Assembly (NCBI GenBank): GCA_051294905.1
Contig: CM119371.1
Location: forward strand, 37,946,001-38,010,000
Source: Botryllus schlosseri
Lineage: Eukaryota
Reading direction: 5' to 3'
Length of the DNA stretch: 64,000 nt
Positions 61,092 to 64,000 of this stretch are shown here, in pieces. The notes below the pieces were generated by a model that saw only the letters and a program-made list of their open reading frames with translations, made no database searches and was not told where the DNA came from. Position numbers and translations under genes: made by a program. The first letter of the stretch is position 1. Every line of letters begins with the position of its first letter.

Positions 61092-62558
61092 CAGTTTCGT
61101 TTAAAGATTTTACTTGTGATGGTGCTAACACCGGCTACGCAGTTTCTTCATTTTTTATGTATCAATATCTTGCCATTGGCTTGCTGCCAAGTGTTTCTTC
61201 AAGTATCACTGCTTCTCCGTTACTAATGTCCTGTCTATCTAGACACATCTAGGTAAAATCCAACAATAATTGCTAGTCAAATTTGTCGTAGCTCTGCTGT
61301 CTAAGGGGGTAAAGCGTTGTTGCAAAAGTAGAACTAGCAATATCCAAGGCATGTTAAATTTACTTGGTACTTGAAACTAGTAGTTGAAAATGAAGGCATT
61401 GAAAGTACTTGAGCTGGTAGTTTGAAAATATCGATTCGGACCAGGTGTCGCATTCTTTTAGCAGTTGTTAAGTGGTAGCCACTTTTGAAATTGTTGCTTT
61501 CGTGTTAGTGACTAATGTGATGCTACGTCGATTTTTCGAGAATATATAAATTCAGTTGCTGACATTATTGTTGTTATACTGATTAAATTGTGACAAGTCA
61601 TTGTGAGAACGACAACCATATGTCACAAAACTAATTTAAACATACAAAATCCGAAATGAAAAAGTAGGTAGTTTTCCTAATAGCACGTGAAGTAGAAGTG
61701 GTATAACATCACCGCTACAGTAAGTAGTGCAAGTAGCCAAACCTGAGTACTAAAATCAACGGTACTTAGTTTAACACCTCTGGTTAATATGAAAGTGTGT
61801 CTTATATTTGAACTATTGACGTCGTAGTATATTGCTATGTTGGTTATATCTTGATATGTTAGTCCTGTGATTTTTGTTTGATTGCATGTATTCTGTAATA
61901 TTAATTATACCTCCGAGCTCAGTACCTCAATTATACAAAATTTCAATTGGTGTTGTAATATTTTGCACAATGCTTGCCTTCCACTCTTCGCGTCATTTAT
62001 GACTGTGTATAGAACTGGGCCTAACGACGTGTTATCTTTTATTGGCAATAAACTCATTGTTCCTGAAGTATTTTGACTCGGTATTATTGCATTAGGAGGT
62101 CTAGTTTGAAAGGCAGCATTTAGCAACGTGGTTAAAGTTGACGTTTCAATTACGTCATCAAAAACGTCAGCTCATCGCTACCTTTTGTTCACAGAATGTC
62201 GTAATGTTAACGTGAGCGCCAAACGTTCAACGTTCAATAGTTAACGTAATCGTAACGTGACAGGCGCGTGATCTTGTTTGCGGGGCGGTGGAAATATTAC
62301 TTATCTTACTACGAATCAAAATCGATTACATTTATGTCACGAAAATTCAGAGTGCATTTATGTCCTAGCCGCGCAAAGTGCGAAACATTTTTGAAGGTAA
62401 AAAGAATTCAGTTGTTGATATCGTTACTTGCATATATTGCGGGTCGCCTCTGTATACCGCTCGGATAAGTTTGCAAGGGCTAGACCCGGGGTTATCAACC
62501 TTTGTTTTGCCGTTGCCCTTTTTCCGGTTTGAAAATGATATGTGGCCCACCTCTTATC

Positions 62559-64000
62559 CTAAACCGCGGGCCTTATAATATGGGGAATGGCGCCATACCA
62601 TGCTATTTTCTAAAACGTGCTGTTCGAGAAAACAGAGGATTAGCATCGCATTTCCATATCAATACTATCATTTTCTTCCCATTATGAATGTTCCCTCTAA
62701 TTTTTGACGAGTCTGCGCAAACACCCCAACTCACTGCGCAGGCCCATAGACAACAGTGCGCAACCTGGCCCCCCATATGGTGATAAGCCTAATTTCTGGG
62801 GGGCTTTGCCCCCCACACCCCTCTCGGGCCTTACGCTTTTTCCCGCTACTTATCATTTATATTAGGTGTCCGTTTAGTCGGTGTATAGCCTGGACGCGCG
62901 AAGCGCGAAAAATTTATATAATTCATGATTGAATCAGTCAGTATGATCGGGAATTGCATATATATTGCTATCAATTTTTATCCTCTCTCTGCTCACGTAA
63001 CCAGATTTACCGGTAAAGCTGATCAAGTAAGGTGTGTTAGACAAGGTAGGACCCCCAAATAATAATCAAATATCTTCGGGCGTACCCGTTGGTAATGACT
63101 TCGGTACATGATGCTATTTCGTGTCCTATCTGCTGTGTCAAAAGATATTGAAATCGCCCAAACGAACTAAACTAAGACGTACACGATTTCAAATTGTTAT
63201 TTCTTTGAAAAAGTTGCATAAATGTCCAAAAAATTAATCCATGATTTATGTTTATTCACGAAATAATTTTGGTTCCCCTTCGAGCTCGGGCCGCCCAATT
63301 GGGGGTTTGGGGTGCCGCAGTTACGGTCCTGTGCGTAACACCAGACGTGCGTGTATCCATTCGAGTCACATGATTCATTGATAGAATCAAAATATAGCAT
63401 TTATATTTAGTTTTATTGCATTACACCAGATAATCACATTATGAGTGAAGATGGGGGAACTACGCTCTAAACATGTTGTCTCGACTTGAAGTTAAGCCAT
63501 TGAGGGCATTTTTTTCAGAAAGCCTTCGCGTTTGGACTTTTGCTGAAATATTTTCGGGATATGCACCATAGCACACGTGCGACTCTGTGGTGTCGTAAAG
63601 GGCTAAGAAGCATTCACCCGCAATGGCGATAAACCTCGACATCATGGATATCGCACGTGTTCTGTGGTGCATATTTTGACGGTGTTTTGGCTGCAGTTCG
63701 AGTGCGGTGGCTTTCTGAAGAAAATGAATGCTATTCTTTGCCACATTTTGCTTCTCTCAGAGCACACCTTTATCGCTCGAAAAAGAAAAATTCTCACTTA
63801 ATTTTACAGTTTTTTCTTCCGTTTTCACATGCCCCGACAACAGCTATGATAAACGAATCGCACTTTTTTGCTAATTTGGCTTGGTGAGGAGATGAGAAAC
63901 TACCCATTCGTTTTGCCATTATTAAAAGCTGTCAGTATAAACTGTGCAGAATTAGCGAATATTCACTCAACGTTGGCCACACAGGCAAGCAACTATAGCC
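62559..64000 (+). repeat. Near-identical direct duplicate of 48686-50127 (runs off window end)
   Basis: Colinear at a constant offset of 13,873 bp; only about 3 substitutions were noticed by eye. Confidence 0.95.

Noticed and set aside
48686..64000. The two long direct repeats as LTRs of a 15-kb retrotransposon
   Set aside because: No TG start, PBS/PPT or gag-pol between them; the repeat begins mid-MITE and encloses intron-containing genes.

Overview
This is AT-rich, intron-rich animal genomic DNA. Gene content and repeat style suggest an invertebrate deuterostome, possibly an ascidian (inference only). Four spliced genes were assembled by hand with consistent intron phases. (1) A villin/advillin-like gene on the minus strand has 10 coding exons in the window (462-21863), runs off the left edge and uses one GC-AG intron. 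(2) A Fringe-type beta-1,3-GlcNAc-transferase on the minus strand has 7 coding exons (29975-41947, about 310 aa). (3) A compact gene on the minus strand encodes a secreted protein with a Thr-rich stalk and a divergent C-type-lectin-like domain (54582-55710, about 230 aa). (4) A DUF4806-like gene on the plus strand has tandemly duplicated exons (57586-60408). The rest is dense in mobile DNA: hAT, pogo, Harbinger and P-like MITEs, CR1/L2-type LINE fragments, a tRNA-derived SINE and a solo LTR. About 11 Penelope-like 3' ends carry a minimal pseudoknotted hammerhead ribozyme motif, with an intact copy at 17960-18003. Other notable structures are a four-level nested insertion stack (46157-51982), a near-identical duplication at a 13,873-bp offset, a tandem array of duplicated splice acceptors in a villin intron, a 35-bp TIR-only element and an orphan NHL-repeat fragment.
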